A model generated the notes under the pieces. The model ran no database searches and had not been told where the DNA came from. It saw only the letters and a list, made by a program, of their open reading frames with translations. Shown here one piece after another: positions 36,125-44,940 of a DNA stretch of 48,078 nt. Location: assembly GCA_050050315.1 (NCBI GenBank), contig JASFUL010000001.1:1-48078 (forward strand). The letters run 5' to 3'. Position 1 is the first letter of the stretch. Each line of letters starts with the position of its first letter. Position numbers and translations under genes: made by a program. Source of the stretch: Gemmatimonadota bacterium. Its GTDB lineage: Bacteria > Gemmatimonadota > Gemmatimonadetes > Longimicrobiales > Gaopeijiaceae.

Positions 36125-36300
36125 TCGGGCTCCTCCTTCGGGCGATTCGGACTCCGTGGGACCTCCTCACGCTCACATCCTGGGAGAGGCCGGGTCGCTC
36201 CGTATTGGAGAAACGGAACCGGTGGCCGGCTTGCCGCCCGTACGGCTCCCGCGCAGGTTGTTCCTCCCTCCGCTCTTCCTTCCTTCCGCAGGGGACGACG

Positions 36301-39300
36301 ATGACGAAGCCGGCCGCGCCTCACACCCTCCTGGCGGCGCTCGCCGTCGTCGCCGCGATCCCGGCGGGTCCCGCCGCATCCCCGGCGCTGGCGCAGGAGA
36401 CCGGAGGGGACGGCGCCGGCTGGGACGTGAGCGCACCCCACGGCCCGACCGAGACGGTCCGCTTCACCACCGACGAGGCCACGTGGGTCACGGTCGACGT
36501 GAGCCCCGACGGCTCGACCCTCGTGTTCGACGTACTCGGCGACCTCTACACGATGCCGGTGGGGGGAGGCCGGGCGACGCGCATCACCTCGGGCCCGGCG
36601 TACGACGTCCAGCCGCGGTGGAGCCCGGACGGCAGCGAGATCGCCTTCACCAGCGACCGGGCGGGCGGCGACAACCTGTGGATCGCGGACGCCGACGGGT
36701 CGGACCCGCGCCAGGTCTCGGACGAGTCCTTCCGGCTCGTCAACGGCCCGGCGTGGACGCCCGACGGACGGTACCTGCTGGGACGCAAGCACTTCACCAG
36801 CACCCGCTCGCTGGGCGCGGGCGAGGTCTGGATGTGGCACCGCACCGGCGGCGGGGGCATCCAGATCACCGAGCGGCGGAACGACCAGCTCGACCAGGGC
36901 AACGAGATCGCCGTGGGGCCGGACGGGCGGTACGTGTACTTCTCGGAGGACGCCACCGGCGGCCCGGTCTTCCAGTACAACAAGGACCCCAACCCGGGCA
37001 TCTACAGGGTCCGGCGCCTGGACCGGGAGACGGGGGAGGTCGAGACGCTCATCGCCGGCCCGGGCGGCGCGGCGCGTCCGGTGCCGTCCCCCGACGGCGG
37101 GAAGGTGGCGTTCGTCCGCCGCGTGCGGGGCGAGACCGCGCTGTACGTCTACGATCTGGCCACCGGCGCCGAGCGGCCCGTGTGGGACGGCCTGGACCAC
37201 GACCAGCAGGAGGCGTGGGCCATCTTCGGGGTCTACCCGAACTTCTCGTGGACGCCCGACTCGCGGGAGATCGTGATCTGGGCGCAGGGTGGCCTCTGGC
37301 GGGTGGACCCGGCCAGCCGCGAGACCACGGAGATCCCCTTCGAGGTCGAGGTCGAGCAGACGTTGACCGAGGCCCTGCGCTTCCCGGTGGAGGTGCAGCC
37401 GGAGCGCTTCGAGGCGAGGATGATCACCGGCGCCCGGACGTCGCCCGACGGGCGCACGCTGGTCTTCCACGCCGTGGGCCACCTCTGGACCCGACGGCTG
37501 CCCGACGGCGAGCCCCGCCGACTGACCGACGCGGAGCACTTCGAGTACGAGCCGTCCTTCAGCCCGGACGGGCGCACGGTCGTCTACACGACGTGGGACG
37601 ACGAGGCGTACGGGGCCGTCCGGACCGTCGCCGTCGACGGCTCCGACCCGCGCCGTCTCACCGACGCGCCCGGCTACTACTTCGAGCCGCGCTTCAGCCC
37701 GGACGGGTCGACCATCGTCTACCGCAGGGGGGGCGGCAACGCCCTTCTGGGCACGCTCTACTCCACCGACACCGGCATCTGGCTCATGGACGCCGACGGA
37801 TCGAACGCCCGTCGCCTCCGGGAGGACGGGACGGACGCGCGCTTCGGCCCCACGGACGAGCGGATTCTCTTTCGGACGGGGGGAGGGCTGGACAAGCAGC
37901 TCCGGAGCGTCGACCTGCACGACGCCGGGGAGCGCACCGTCTTCGAGGCGCGCTATCCCGTCGAGATCGTGCCGAGCCCCGACGGCCGGTGGGTGGCGTG
38001 GACCGAGCTGTTCGACGTCTACGTCGCGCCCTGGCCCAGGACCGGGCACCCCGTCGCGCTCTCCCGGGACATGACCGGCGTGCCGGTGCAGCGGCTGACC
38101 CGCGACGCCGGCACCGACCTCCACTGGAGCGCGGACTCTCGCACGCTTCACTGGATGTACGGCCCCGAGTACTTCAGCCGCGACCTGGACGAGACGTTCG
38201 CCTTCCTCGAAGGGGCGCCCGACGAGATCCCGCCGCCCGACACCACCGGGCTCCCCGTCGGCCTCACCGTCGACGCCGACGTGCCCGGCGGGACGTTCGC
38301 CGTCACGGGCGCGCGCATCGTGACCATGGACGGCGACGAGGTGATCGAGGACGGTACGGTGCTCGTCCGGGGCGACCGGATCGCCTCCGTGGGCCCGTCG
38401 GCCGAGGTGGAGGTGCCGGCGGACGCCGTCGTCGTGGACGGGACCGGGAGGACGGTCATTCCGGGCATCGTCGACGTCCACGCCCACGCGAACCACTTCT
38501 TCGACGGGCCCACGCCCCGACAGAACTGGACGTACTACGCGAACCTGGCCTTCGGCGTCACCACCATGCACGACCCGTCGGCCAACACGGAGTTCGTCTT
38601 CCGGCAGAAGGAGCTCCAGCAGGCCGGCGAGATCGTGGCCCCGCGGATCCTCTCCACCGGCACGGTCCTGTACGGCGCCGAGGGGGACTTCCGCGCCACC
38701 GTGGACCGGCTGGAGGACGCCGTGGGCCACGTGCGTCGCCTGAAGCAGGTCGGCGCGGTCAGCGTGAAGAGCTACAATCAGCCCCGCCGGGACCAGCGCC
38801 AGCAGGTTCTCCGCGCCGCCCGGGAGCTGGGGATGATGGTGGTGCCCGAGGGCGGCTCCACCTTCTTCCACAACGTCACCATGATCCTCGACGGCCACAC
38901 GGGGATCGAGCACAACCTCCCCGTGGCACCCTTGTACCGGGACGTGATCGAGCTGTGGCGCCACTCGGGCACGGGCTACACGCCCACGCTCGTGGTGAAC
39001 TACGCCGGGCCGAGCGGAGAGCGCTGGTGGTACGAGAACACCGACGTCTGGCGGGACGAGCACCTCCTGGACTTCTTCCCCCGGCCCCTGCTGGACGCCA
39101 TGAGCCGCCGGCCCACGAAGTCCCCCGAGGACGAGTACCACCACATCACCGTCGCCGAGCAGACGAAGAAGCTCGTCGACCAGGGGAACCTCGTGCAGCT
39201 CGGGGCCCACGGGCAGCTACAGGGACTGGCCGCCCACTGGGAGCTCTGGATGCTCGCGCAGGGCGGCATGACGCCCCTGGAGGCGCTTCGCTCGGCGACG

Positions 39301-39570
39301 CTCTACGGCGCCCGCTACCTCGGCCTGGACGCCGACCTCGGCTCCCTCGAGGAAGGCAAGCTGGCCGACCTCGTCGTGATCGATGGCAACCCCCTCACGG
39401 ATCTCCGCGAGAGCCGCAACGTGGCCTACGTGATGGTGAACGGGCGGCTGTTCGACGCCGCCACGATGGACGAGGTCGGGGGGCTCGAGCGACAGCGGCG
39501 CCCCTTCTGGTGGCAGCGCGAGCCCCTCGACGACGAGTTCATCTGGCGGGACGGCGGGGGGATGCGGTAG
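36301..39570 (+). CDS. Exported TolB-like PD40 beta-propeller + amidohydrolase fusion protein
   Basis: I take the internal ATG 36301 and a signal peptide. PD40 motifs repeat (PRWSPDGSEIAFTSDR, PSPDGGKVAFV, SPDGRTLVF, FSPDGRTVVY, FSPDGSTIVY). The C-terminal amidohydrolase metal site is present (IPGIVDVHAH, GHTGIEH, VQLGAHG). Confidence 0.85.
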   Translation: MTKPAAPHTLLAALAVVAAIPAGPAASPALAQETGGDGAGWDVSAPHGPTETVRFTTDEATWVTVDVSPDGSTLVFDVLGDLYTMPVGGGRATRITSGPAYDVQPRWSPDGSEIAFTSDRAGGDNLWIADADGSDPRQVSDESFRLVNGPAWTPDGRYLLGRKHFTSTRSLGAGEVWMWHRTGGGGIQITERRNDQLDQGNEIAVGPDGRYVYFSEDATGGPVFQYNKDPNPGIYRVRRLDRETGEVETLIAGPGGAARPVPSPDGGKVAFVRRVRGETALYVYDLATGAERPVWDGLDHDQQEAWAIFGVYPNFSWTPDSREIVIWAQGGLWRVDPASRETTEIPFEVEVEQTLTEALRFPVEVQPERFEARMITGARTSPDGRTLVFHAVGHLWTRRLPDGEPRRLTDAEHFEYEPSFSPDGRTVVYTTWDDEAYGAVRTVAVDGSDPRRLTDAPGYYFEPRFSPDGSTIVYRRGGGNALLGTLYSTDTGIWLMDADGSNARRLREDGTDARFGPTDERILFRTGGGLDKQLRSVDLHDAGERTVFEARYPVEIVPSPDGRWVAWTELFDVYVAPWPRTGHPVALSRDMTGVPVQRLTRDAGTDLHWSADSRTLHWMYGPEYFSRDLDETFAFLEGAPDEIPPPDTTGLPVGLTVDADVPGGTFAVTGARIVTMDGDEVIEDGTVLVRGDRIASVGPSAEVEVPADAVVVDGTGRTVIPGIVDVHAHANHFFDGPTPRQNWTYYANLAFGVTTMHDPSANTEFVFRQKELQQAGEIVAPRILSTGTVLYGAEGDFRATVDRLEDAVGHVRRLKQVGAVSVKSYNQPRRDQRQQVLRAARELGMMVVPEGGSTFFHNVTMILDGHTGIEHNLPVAPLYRDVIELWRHSGTGYTPTLVVNYAGPSGERWWYENTDVWRDEHLLDFFPRPLLDAMSRRPTKSPEDEYHHITVAEQTKKLVDQGNLVQLGAHGQLQGLAAHWELWMLAQGGMTPLEALRSATLYGARYLGLDADLGSLEEGKLADLVVIDGNPLTDLRESRNVAYVMVNGRLFDAATMDEVGGLERQRRPFWWQREPLDDEFIWRDGGGMR

Positions 39571-39579
39571 GAGGCCGGC

Positions 39580-40116
39580 GTGACGGAATCGGCCGCCGAC
39601 GGAAGGCCGGACACCGGGCCGGAGGCGGCGTCGGAGTCCCGCGGGAAGAAGGGACCCCGCGGGAAGAAGAAGGCCGGGAAGAAGAAGGCGAAGCCCCGCG
39701 GCACCTTGGGATGGCGCGAGTGGCTCACGCTGCCGGACCTCGGCATCGACCGCATCAAGGCCAAGGTGGACACGGGCGCCCGGTCGTCGTCGCTGCACGC
39801 CTACGACGTGCGACGGTTCGAGCGGAAGGGGACCTCCTGGATCCGCTTCAAGGTGCACCCCATCCAGGACGACTCGCGGACCACGGTGGAAGCCGAGGCT
39901 CCCCTGGTGGAGATGCGCAAGGTGCGGAGCTCCAGCGGCGTACAGACGCTCCGGCCGGTGATCCACACCCAGGTGGAGCTGGGCGGCGACCGGTGGGAGA
40001 TCGAGCTTACCCTGGTCCGCAGGGACATGATGGGTTTCAGGATGCTGCTCGGCCGCCAGGCGGTCCGGAGACGCTACCTCGTGGACCCCGGTCGCTCGTT
40101 TCTCGCGGGTCGTTGA
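39580..40116 (+). CDS. RimK-associated retropepsin-like / 'ATP-dependent zinc protease' family protein (RimB-like, DUF785) with polybasic N-terminal tail
   Basis: GTG start with GGAGG 5 nt upstream. Motifs: LGWREWLTLPDLG..IKAKVDTGARSSSLHA, MLLGRQA. The N-terminus reads GKKGPRGKKKAGKKKAKPRG. Confidence 0.8.
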   Translation: MTESAADGRPDTGPEAASESRGKKGPRGKKKAGKKKAKPRGTLGWREWLTLPDLGIDRIKAKVDTGARSSSLHAYDVRRFERKGTSWIRFKVHPIQDDSRTTVEAEAPLVEMRKVRSSSGVQTLRPVIHTQVELGGDRWEIELTLVRRDMMGFRMLLGRQAVRRRYLVDPGRSFLAGR

Positions 40117-40134
40117 CGTTCCTCGGAGACCTTG

Positions 40135-41088
40135 ATGGAGCTTATGAAGATGAAGATCGGAATCCTCTCGCGTAAGGCGTCGCTCTACTCGACCGGGAGG
40201 CTCCGCGACGCCGCCAGGGAGCGCGGTCACCACGTCCGCATCGTCGACCCGCTCCGGTGCTACATGAACATCACGGCCAAGGCGCCGCGGGTGGTGTACC
40301 TGGGCGAGGACCTCCGCTTCGACGCGGTGATCCCGCGCATCGGCGCGTCGGTGACCTTCTACGGCACGGCCGTGGTGCGCCAGTTCGAGATGATGGGGGT
40401 CTACACGATTCCCGAGTCGCTGGCCATATCCCGCTCCCGCGACAAGCTGCGGTCGCTCCAGCTCCTGTCCCGGGAGGGGGTCGGCCTTCCGGTCACGGGC
40501 TTCGCACGGGCGCCGCAGGACATCGACGGAGTCATCGACCTGGTGGGTGGGGCCCCGCTGATCATCAAGCTGCTCGAGGGGACGCAGGGGAGGGGCGTGG
40601 TCCTGGCCGAGACGAAGAAGGCCGCCGAGTCGGTCATCGGCGCCTTCCGTCAGCTCGACGCGAACATCCTGGTCCAGCAGTTCATCGCCGAGGCCGGTGG
40701 CTCCGACATCCGGGCGTTCGTGGTCGGAAGTCGCGTCGTGGCCGCCATGGAGCGGCACGCGGCGCCGGGCGAGTTCCGCTCGAACCTCCACCGGGGCGGC
40801 ACGGCGAACCCGGTCACCCTCACGCGCAGGGAGCGCAACACCGCGGTCCGGGCGGCGCGAGTGATGGGGTTGTCCGTGGCCGGTGTCGACCTCCTGCGGT
40901 CCAGTAGCGGACCCGTGGTCATGGAGGTGAACTCGTCACCGGGGCTGGAGGGGATCGAGCTCGCCACCGGCATCGACGTCGCGGGAGAGATCATCGAGTT
41001 CATCGAGAGCCACGTGGATGCGGGCGACGACGACGAGCCGGTGACGGGGCCGGCGGAGGCCCCCGCGGGTCGAGGCGAGGAAGAGTAG
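40135..41088 (+). CDS. rimK: RimK-type ATP-grasp alpha-L-glutamate ligase (ribosomal protein S6 modification)
   Basis: Motifs: [87 protein letters not shown]. Possible starts are 40135, 40144 and 40150. Confidence 0.9.
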   Translation: MELMKMKIGILSRKASLYSTGRLRDAARERGHHVRIVDPLRCYMNITAKAPRVVYLGEDLRFDAVIPRIGASVTFYGTAVVRQFEMMGVYTIPESLAISRSRDKLRSLQLLSREGVGLPVTGFARAPQDIDGVIDLVGGAPLIIKLLEGTQGRGVVLAETKKAAESVIGAFRQLDANILVQQFIAEAGGSDIRAFVVGSRVVAAMERHAAPGEFRSNLHRGGTANPVTLTRRERNTAVRAARVMGLSVAGVDLLRSSSGPVVMEVNSSPGLEGIELATGIDVAGEIIEFIESHVDAGDDDEPVTGPAEAPAGRGEEE

Positions 41089-42042
41089 GTGGGTGGACCG
41101 GCGCCCTTCCAGCTCGGCGGCCACGAGGTGCCCCCGGGACAGCGCCGCCGGGTGGAGATCCCGGTGGCCCGCCTTCCCATGGGGGCCGACATGGCCCTTT
41201 CGGTGGACGTGCTGCACGGCGTCCGGGAGGGCCCGGCCCTGTGGCTGAGTGGCGCGATCCACGGCGACGAGCTGGATGGGATCGAGATCATCCACGAGGT
41301 GCTCGACGACCTCCCCCCGCGTGCCCTGGCCGGCACGGTGGTCGCGGTACCGATCGTGAACCTCTACGGGGCCATGAACGAGTCGCGGTACCTGCCGGAC
41401 CGCCGCGACCTGAACCGCTCCTTTCCCGGAACGGCGCGGGGCTCCCTGGCCGGACAGCTCGCGCACCTGTTCATGCGCGAGATCGTCGGCCGGTGCGGGT
41501 ACGGCATCGACTACCACTGCGGTTCCGACGATCGGGACAACCTGCCCCAGGTGCGCGGTGACCTGGCCGACGACGAGACGCGACGGCTGGCCCTGGCCTT
41601 CGCGGCGCCGGTCACTGTGCCCGGCAAGCCTCCCGAGGGCTCGCTGCGGAGGGCGGCCGTGAAGGTCGGGGCCCGGGTGATCCTCTACGAGGGTGGAGAG
41701 GCCCGTCGCTTCACGCGGGCCGCCATCGGGGCGGGTGTCCGGGGCACGTGGAGGGTGATGGCCGCCCTCGGAATGACCGCTCCCGCGGACGAAGACGAGC
41801 CCGAGCCGACGGTCGAGGCGCGGACGACCCAGTGGCTGCGGGCCGTCCGCAGCGGCATCTGCCGGACGGAGATCGAGCTCGGCCAGAAGGTGCAGAAGAA
41901 CCAGCTCGTCGCGACCATCCGCGACCCGCTGAGCAGCCGGTCGAAGCAGGTGCGCGCCCGCTCGGCGGGCATCGTGATCGGCCGCCGCATCAACCCCCTC
42001 GTCTACAGGGGCGAGGCCGTGGCCCACGTGGCCGTGACCTGA
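41089..42042 (+). CDS. Succinylglutamate desuccinylase/aspartoacylase (AstE_AspA, zinc carboxypeptidase-like) family protein
   Basis: The GTG start abuts the rimK stop (TAGGTG). Motifs: SGAIHGDELDGIEI (Zn-binding HxxE), NRSFPG, IDYHCG. Confidence 0.8.
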   Translation: MGGPAPFQLGGHEVPPGQRRRVEIPVARLPMGADMALSVDVLHGVREGPALWLSGAIHGDELDGIEIIHEVLDDLPPRALAGTVVAVPIVNLYGAMNESRYLPDRRDLNRSFPGTARGSLAGQLAHLFMREIVGRCGYGIDYHCGSDDRDNLPQVRGDLADDETRRLALAFAAPVTVPGKPPEGSLRRAAVKVGARVILYEGGEARRFTRAAIGAGVRGTWRVMAALGMTAPADEDEPEPTVEARTTQWLRAVRSGICRTEIELGQKVQKNQLVATIRDPLSSRSKQVRARSAGIVIGRRINPLVYRGEAVAHVAVT

Positions 42043-42129
42043 GCCGGATCCTCGAGGGGGGCACGTGCCGGGGCCCGGAGCGTATACGCCGGGCGGGGAC
42101 CCACCCCGCGTCAAGACCGATCACGGGCG

Positions 42130-42483
42130 GTGTCGATGGACCATCTGACGGACGATCAGCTGACCGAGCTGAGGGACGAGCTCGAGCGGCAGCTCGCGCG
42201 CCTCGAAAGGAGCATGGAGCTCACCGACGAGGCGGCCCGGCCCGTGGAGCTCGACCAGCAGGCGGTGGGCCGGCTGTCGCGCATGGACTCGCTGATCAGC
42301 CAGGGGATGGCGCAGAAGCTCCAGGACCGCGAGCGTGCCCGGCTCTCGGCCCTGCTCGACGCCTTCCGGCGCCTCGAGGAGGGCGCGTACGGGGTGTGCT
42401 CCACCTGCGACGGCCCCATCCCCTTCGGCCGCCTCGCGATCGTGCCCGAGACGTCCACCTGCGCAGCCTGCAGCGACGCGTGA
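42130..42483 (+). CDS. TraR/DksA-family C4 zinc-finger regulator
   Basis: It has a coiled-coil N-terminal part and the zinc finger CSTCDGPIPFGRLAIVPETSTCAAC. The start is GTG 42130 or ATG 42136. Confidence 0.8.
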   Translation: MSMDHLTDDQLTELRDELERQLARLERSMELTDEAARPVELDQQAVGRLSRMDSLISQGMAQKLQDRERARLSALLDAFRRLEEGAYGVCSTCDGPIPFGRLAIVPETSTCAACSDA

Positions 42484-43673
42484 GCGAGGCCGGAGGGGAC
42501 GGCGCGCCGCTCCCGCTGGACGGCGTGCGCGTGGTGGACCTCTCCCAGAACCTGGCGGGGCCCTTCGCGACCCAGATCCTGGGCGACCTGGGCGCCGACG
42601 TGGTGAAGGTCGAGCCGCCGGGGGGCGATCCGGCCCGGGCCTGGGGTCCCCCGTTCGTGGACGGCGAGAGCCCCCTCTTCCTGTGCGCCAACCGCAACAA
42701 GAGGAGCGTGGTCCTCGACCTCGAGCGGGAGGAGGAGCGTCGCGTCCTCGCGGCGCTGGCCTCGGGGGCGGACGTCTTCGTCCAGGCGTTCCGGAGCGGG
42801 GTGATCGAACGGCTCGGCTTCGACGAAGCCCGGGTCCGGGCGCTGCGGGAGGACGTGATCTACGTGTCCGTCACGGCCTACGGCGACGGGGGCCCGCTCC
42901 GGGACCAGCCGGGCTACGACCCGCTCATGCAGGCCCACGGCGGCCTGATGTCCGTCACCGGCCACCCCGGCGGCGCGCCGGCGAGGGTGGGCACGAGCGT
43001 CGTCGACCTGGGCACGGGCCTCTGGGTCGCGACGGCCGTGCTGGCCGCGCTCCGCACCCGGGACGCGACCGGGCGGGGAGCCCACGTCACCACGTCCCTC
43101 CTCGACACCGCCGTGGGCTGGATGGCCTACCATCTCCAGGGCCACCTCGCCAGCGGGGACGTTCCGGGTCTCTCGGGCACGGGGATCGGGATGATCGCGC
43201 CGTACGAGGCCTTCCCGACCCGGGAGGGCTTCGTGATGATCGCCGCCGGCAACGACGCCACGTTCCGGCGCCTGTGCGCGGCCCTCGGGGTGCCCGGGCT
43301 GGCCGCCGACCCGCGCTACGCGACGAATCCCATGCGCGTCGAGCGCCGGGACGAGCTGGTGGTCGCGCTGTCGGCGCGCACCCGGGAGCACGCCCCGGAC
43401 GCCTTGCTGGAGACGCTGCGGGACGCGTCCGTCCCGTGCGCCAGGATCCAGAACGTGGGAGAGGTGGTCCGGGACGTCCAGGTGCGAGCCTCGGGCATGC
43501 TCCGCGACGCTCCGGCGAGCGAACGATGGCCCCGGGGAAGCTACGTCGACGTCGCGGCGCCTCCGCGCTGGGACGGGCGCCGCGCGCCGGTCCGTCGGCC
43601 TCCGCCCGCCGTCGGCGAGCACACGGCCGAGATCCTCTCGGAGGTGGACCCTCCGGACGGCCCGCCTCCCTGA
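42480..43673 (+). CDS. Family III CoA-transferase (CaiB/BaiF)
   Basis: GTG 42480 overlaps the dksA-like stop (GTGA). Motifs: LDGVRVVDLSQNLAGPFATQILGDLGADVVKVEPP, NRNKRSV, GYDPLMQAHGGLMSVTG, VVDLGTG. Confidence 0.85.
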   Translation: MSEAGGDGAPLPLDGVRVVDLSQNLAGPFATQILGDLGADVVKVEPPGGDPARAWGPPFVDGESPLFLCANRNKRSVVLDLEREEERRVLAALASGADVFVQAFRSGVIERLGFDEARVRALREDVIYVSVTAYGDGGPLRDQPGYDPLMQAHGGLMSVTGHPGGAPARVGTSVVDLGTGLWVATAVLAALRTRDATGRGAHVTTSLLDTAVGWMAYHLQGHLASGDVPGLSGTGIGMIAPYEAFPTREGFVMIAAGNDATFRRLCAALGVPGLAADPRYATNPMRVERRDELVVALSARTREHAPDALLETLRDASVPCARIQNVGEVVRDVQVRASGMLRDAPASERWPRGSYVDVAAPPRWDGRRAPVRRPPPAVGEHTAEILSEVDPPDGPPP

Positions 43674-43805
43674 CGTCATCCTTGCACGAACCGGTGGGGC
43701 GCGTCCGGGGGCTCCCTGTTGCGGACGCCGTGCCGCACCCCCATCCTACCCCTGCCCCGCGTCGGGGCTCGCGCACCTTCCCGTGAATCCACGCACGGAG
43801 GACCC

Positions 43806-44042
43806 ATGAAGATCCGCGCATCGATGCTCCTTGCCGGTCTCACCGCTCTCGCTCTCGGTTGTGGCGGCGCGGACGAGGCGGACACGGGCGAGATGGGTGA
43901 GATGGAGTCGGAGATGGTCGACTCCGCCGGCGGCATGATGGAAGAGGGCGAGATGGGCGACACCATGATGCCCGACACCATGCAGGGCATGCCCGAAGAA
44001 ATGATGGAGGACACCACCGGAGGGATGTCCGGAGGGCGGTGA
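43806..44042 (+). CDS. Small methionine/glutamate-rich putative lipoprotein (78 aa)
   Basis: GGAGGA lies 3 nt upstream of the ATG. The signal peptide ends ALALGC. The mature 59 aa contain 13 Met, 11 Glu and 6 Asp, with no His, no aromatic residues and no further Cys. Third-position GC is high. Confidence 0.6.
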   Translation: MKIRASMLLAGLTALALGCGGADEADTGEMGEMESEMVDSAGGMMEEGEMGDTMMPDTMQGMPEEMMEDTTGGMSGGR

Positions 44043-44109
44043 GCCCGGCCCCGGGGGGTCCGCTGCGGTCGTCGGGACCACGACGTCGACGACCGCGGGG
44101 CCCCCTCCG

Positions 44110-44940
44110 GTGAAGCGACATCACCTCGTCGTCCGCGTCACCCACTGGGTGAACGTGGTGGCGTTGACGATCATGGTGACCAGCGGTCTCCGGATCTTCA
44201 ACGCCTATCCCCGCTTCGCGCCCCGGGGCGGGACCTTCTGCTGCTATCCGTTCGAGGGGCGGTCCATCCCGGACTGGCTCACCTTCGGGGGCTGGCTGGC
44301 CGGCGCGCGCAACTGGCACTTCGCCATGATGTGGGTGCTGGTGGTCAACGGCCTGCTCTACCTGGGCTGGTTGTACCTGCACGGCGAATGGCGCACGGTC
44401 ACCCCTCGCCGCGGGGACCTGCGCGACGCGTGGCAGATGACCCGGTTCTACCTCTTCCTCCGTCCCGACCATCCGCCCCAGGCCAAGCACAACGCCCTCC
44501 AGCGGCTCTCGTACTTCGCCATGCCCCTCGTGGGCGTCGTGGCCGTGCTGACCGGCCTGGCCATCTGGAAACCCACCTCCCTCGGTTGGCTGACCGGGGT
44601 CTTCGGCGGGTACGTCTGGGCCCGGTACTGGCACTTCGTCGCCATGCTCGCGCTCGTGGCGTTCTCGCTGGTGCACGTCTTCATGGTGATCAGCGTGGAT
44701 CCGTGGTCCATGAGGGCCATGATCACCGGCGGGTACGACGAGTCGCGCTCTCCCGCCGCCCGCAACGCCCGGCCGTTCGTGAACCTCGGGAAGGCGCCGG
44801 CGCGGGAGGGCCGGGAGGTCGGGCCAGGCGGTCCCGGGGGAGACGCTCCCTCCGAGCCCGCGGCTTCCGACGCCGCCCCCGACGACGCCTCGCCCACCGA
44901 CGCCGCCCCCGACGTCGACGCGCGGACGGAGAAGCCATGA
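44110..44940 (+). CDS. Membrane b-type cytochrome (cytochrome b561 / Ni-hydrogenase cyt b-like, 4 TM)
   Basis: Motifs: RVTHWVNVVAL, NWHFAMMW, KHNALQRLSY, YWHFVAMLALVAFSLVHVF. These give conserved His on the TM helices. The C-terminal tail is Pro/Asp/Ala-rich and looks disordered. Confidence 0.8.
   Translation: MKRHHLVVRVTHWVNVVALTIMVTSGLRIFNAYPRFAPRGGTFCCYPFEGRSIPDWLTFGGWLAGARNWHFAMMWVLVVNGLLYLGWLYLHGEWRTVTPRRGDLRDAWQMTRFYLFLRPDHPPQAKHNALQRLSYFAMPLVGVVAVLTGLAIWKPTSLGWLTGVFGGYVWARYWHFVAMLALVAFSLVHVFMVISVDPWSMRAMITGGYDESRSPAARNARPFVNLGKAPAREGREVGPGGPGGDAPSEPAASDAAPDDASPTDAAPDVDARTEKP

Noticed and set aside
35665-40175. Giant alternative-frame ORFs: 35665-39210 on the minus strand (1181 aa) and 35841-40175 on the plus strand (1444 aa).
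   Set aside because: They overlap the PD40-amidohydrolase gene, whose frame shows repeated PD40 motifs and the HxH metal site. The products are low-complexity Arg/Gly/Pro strings.
43674-43805. ECF-sigma-like promoter (GAAC..CGTC) upstream of the Met-rich lipoprotein gene, by analogy with the SigF-controlled mrpX locus.
   Set aside because: The GAAC and CGTC elements are only about 10 nt apart, far from the 16-17 nt spacing expected. No sigma or anti-sigma genes are nearby.
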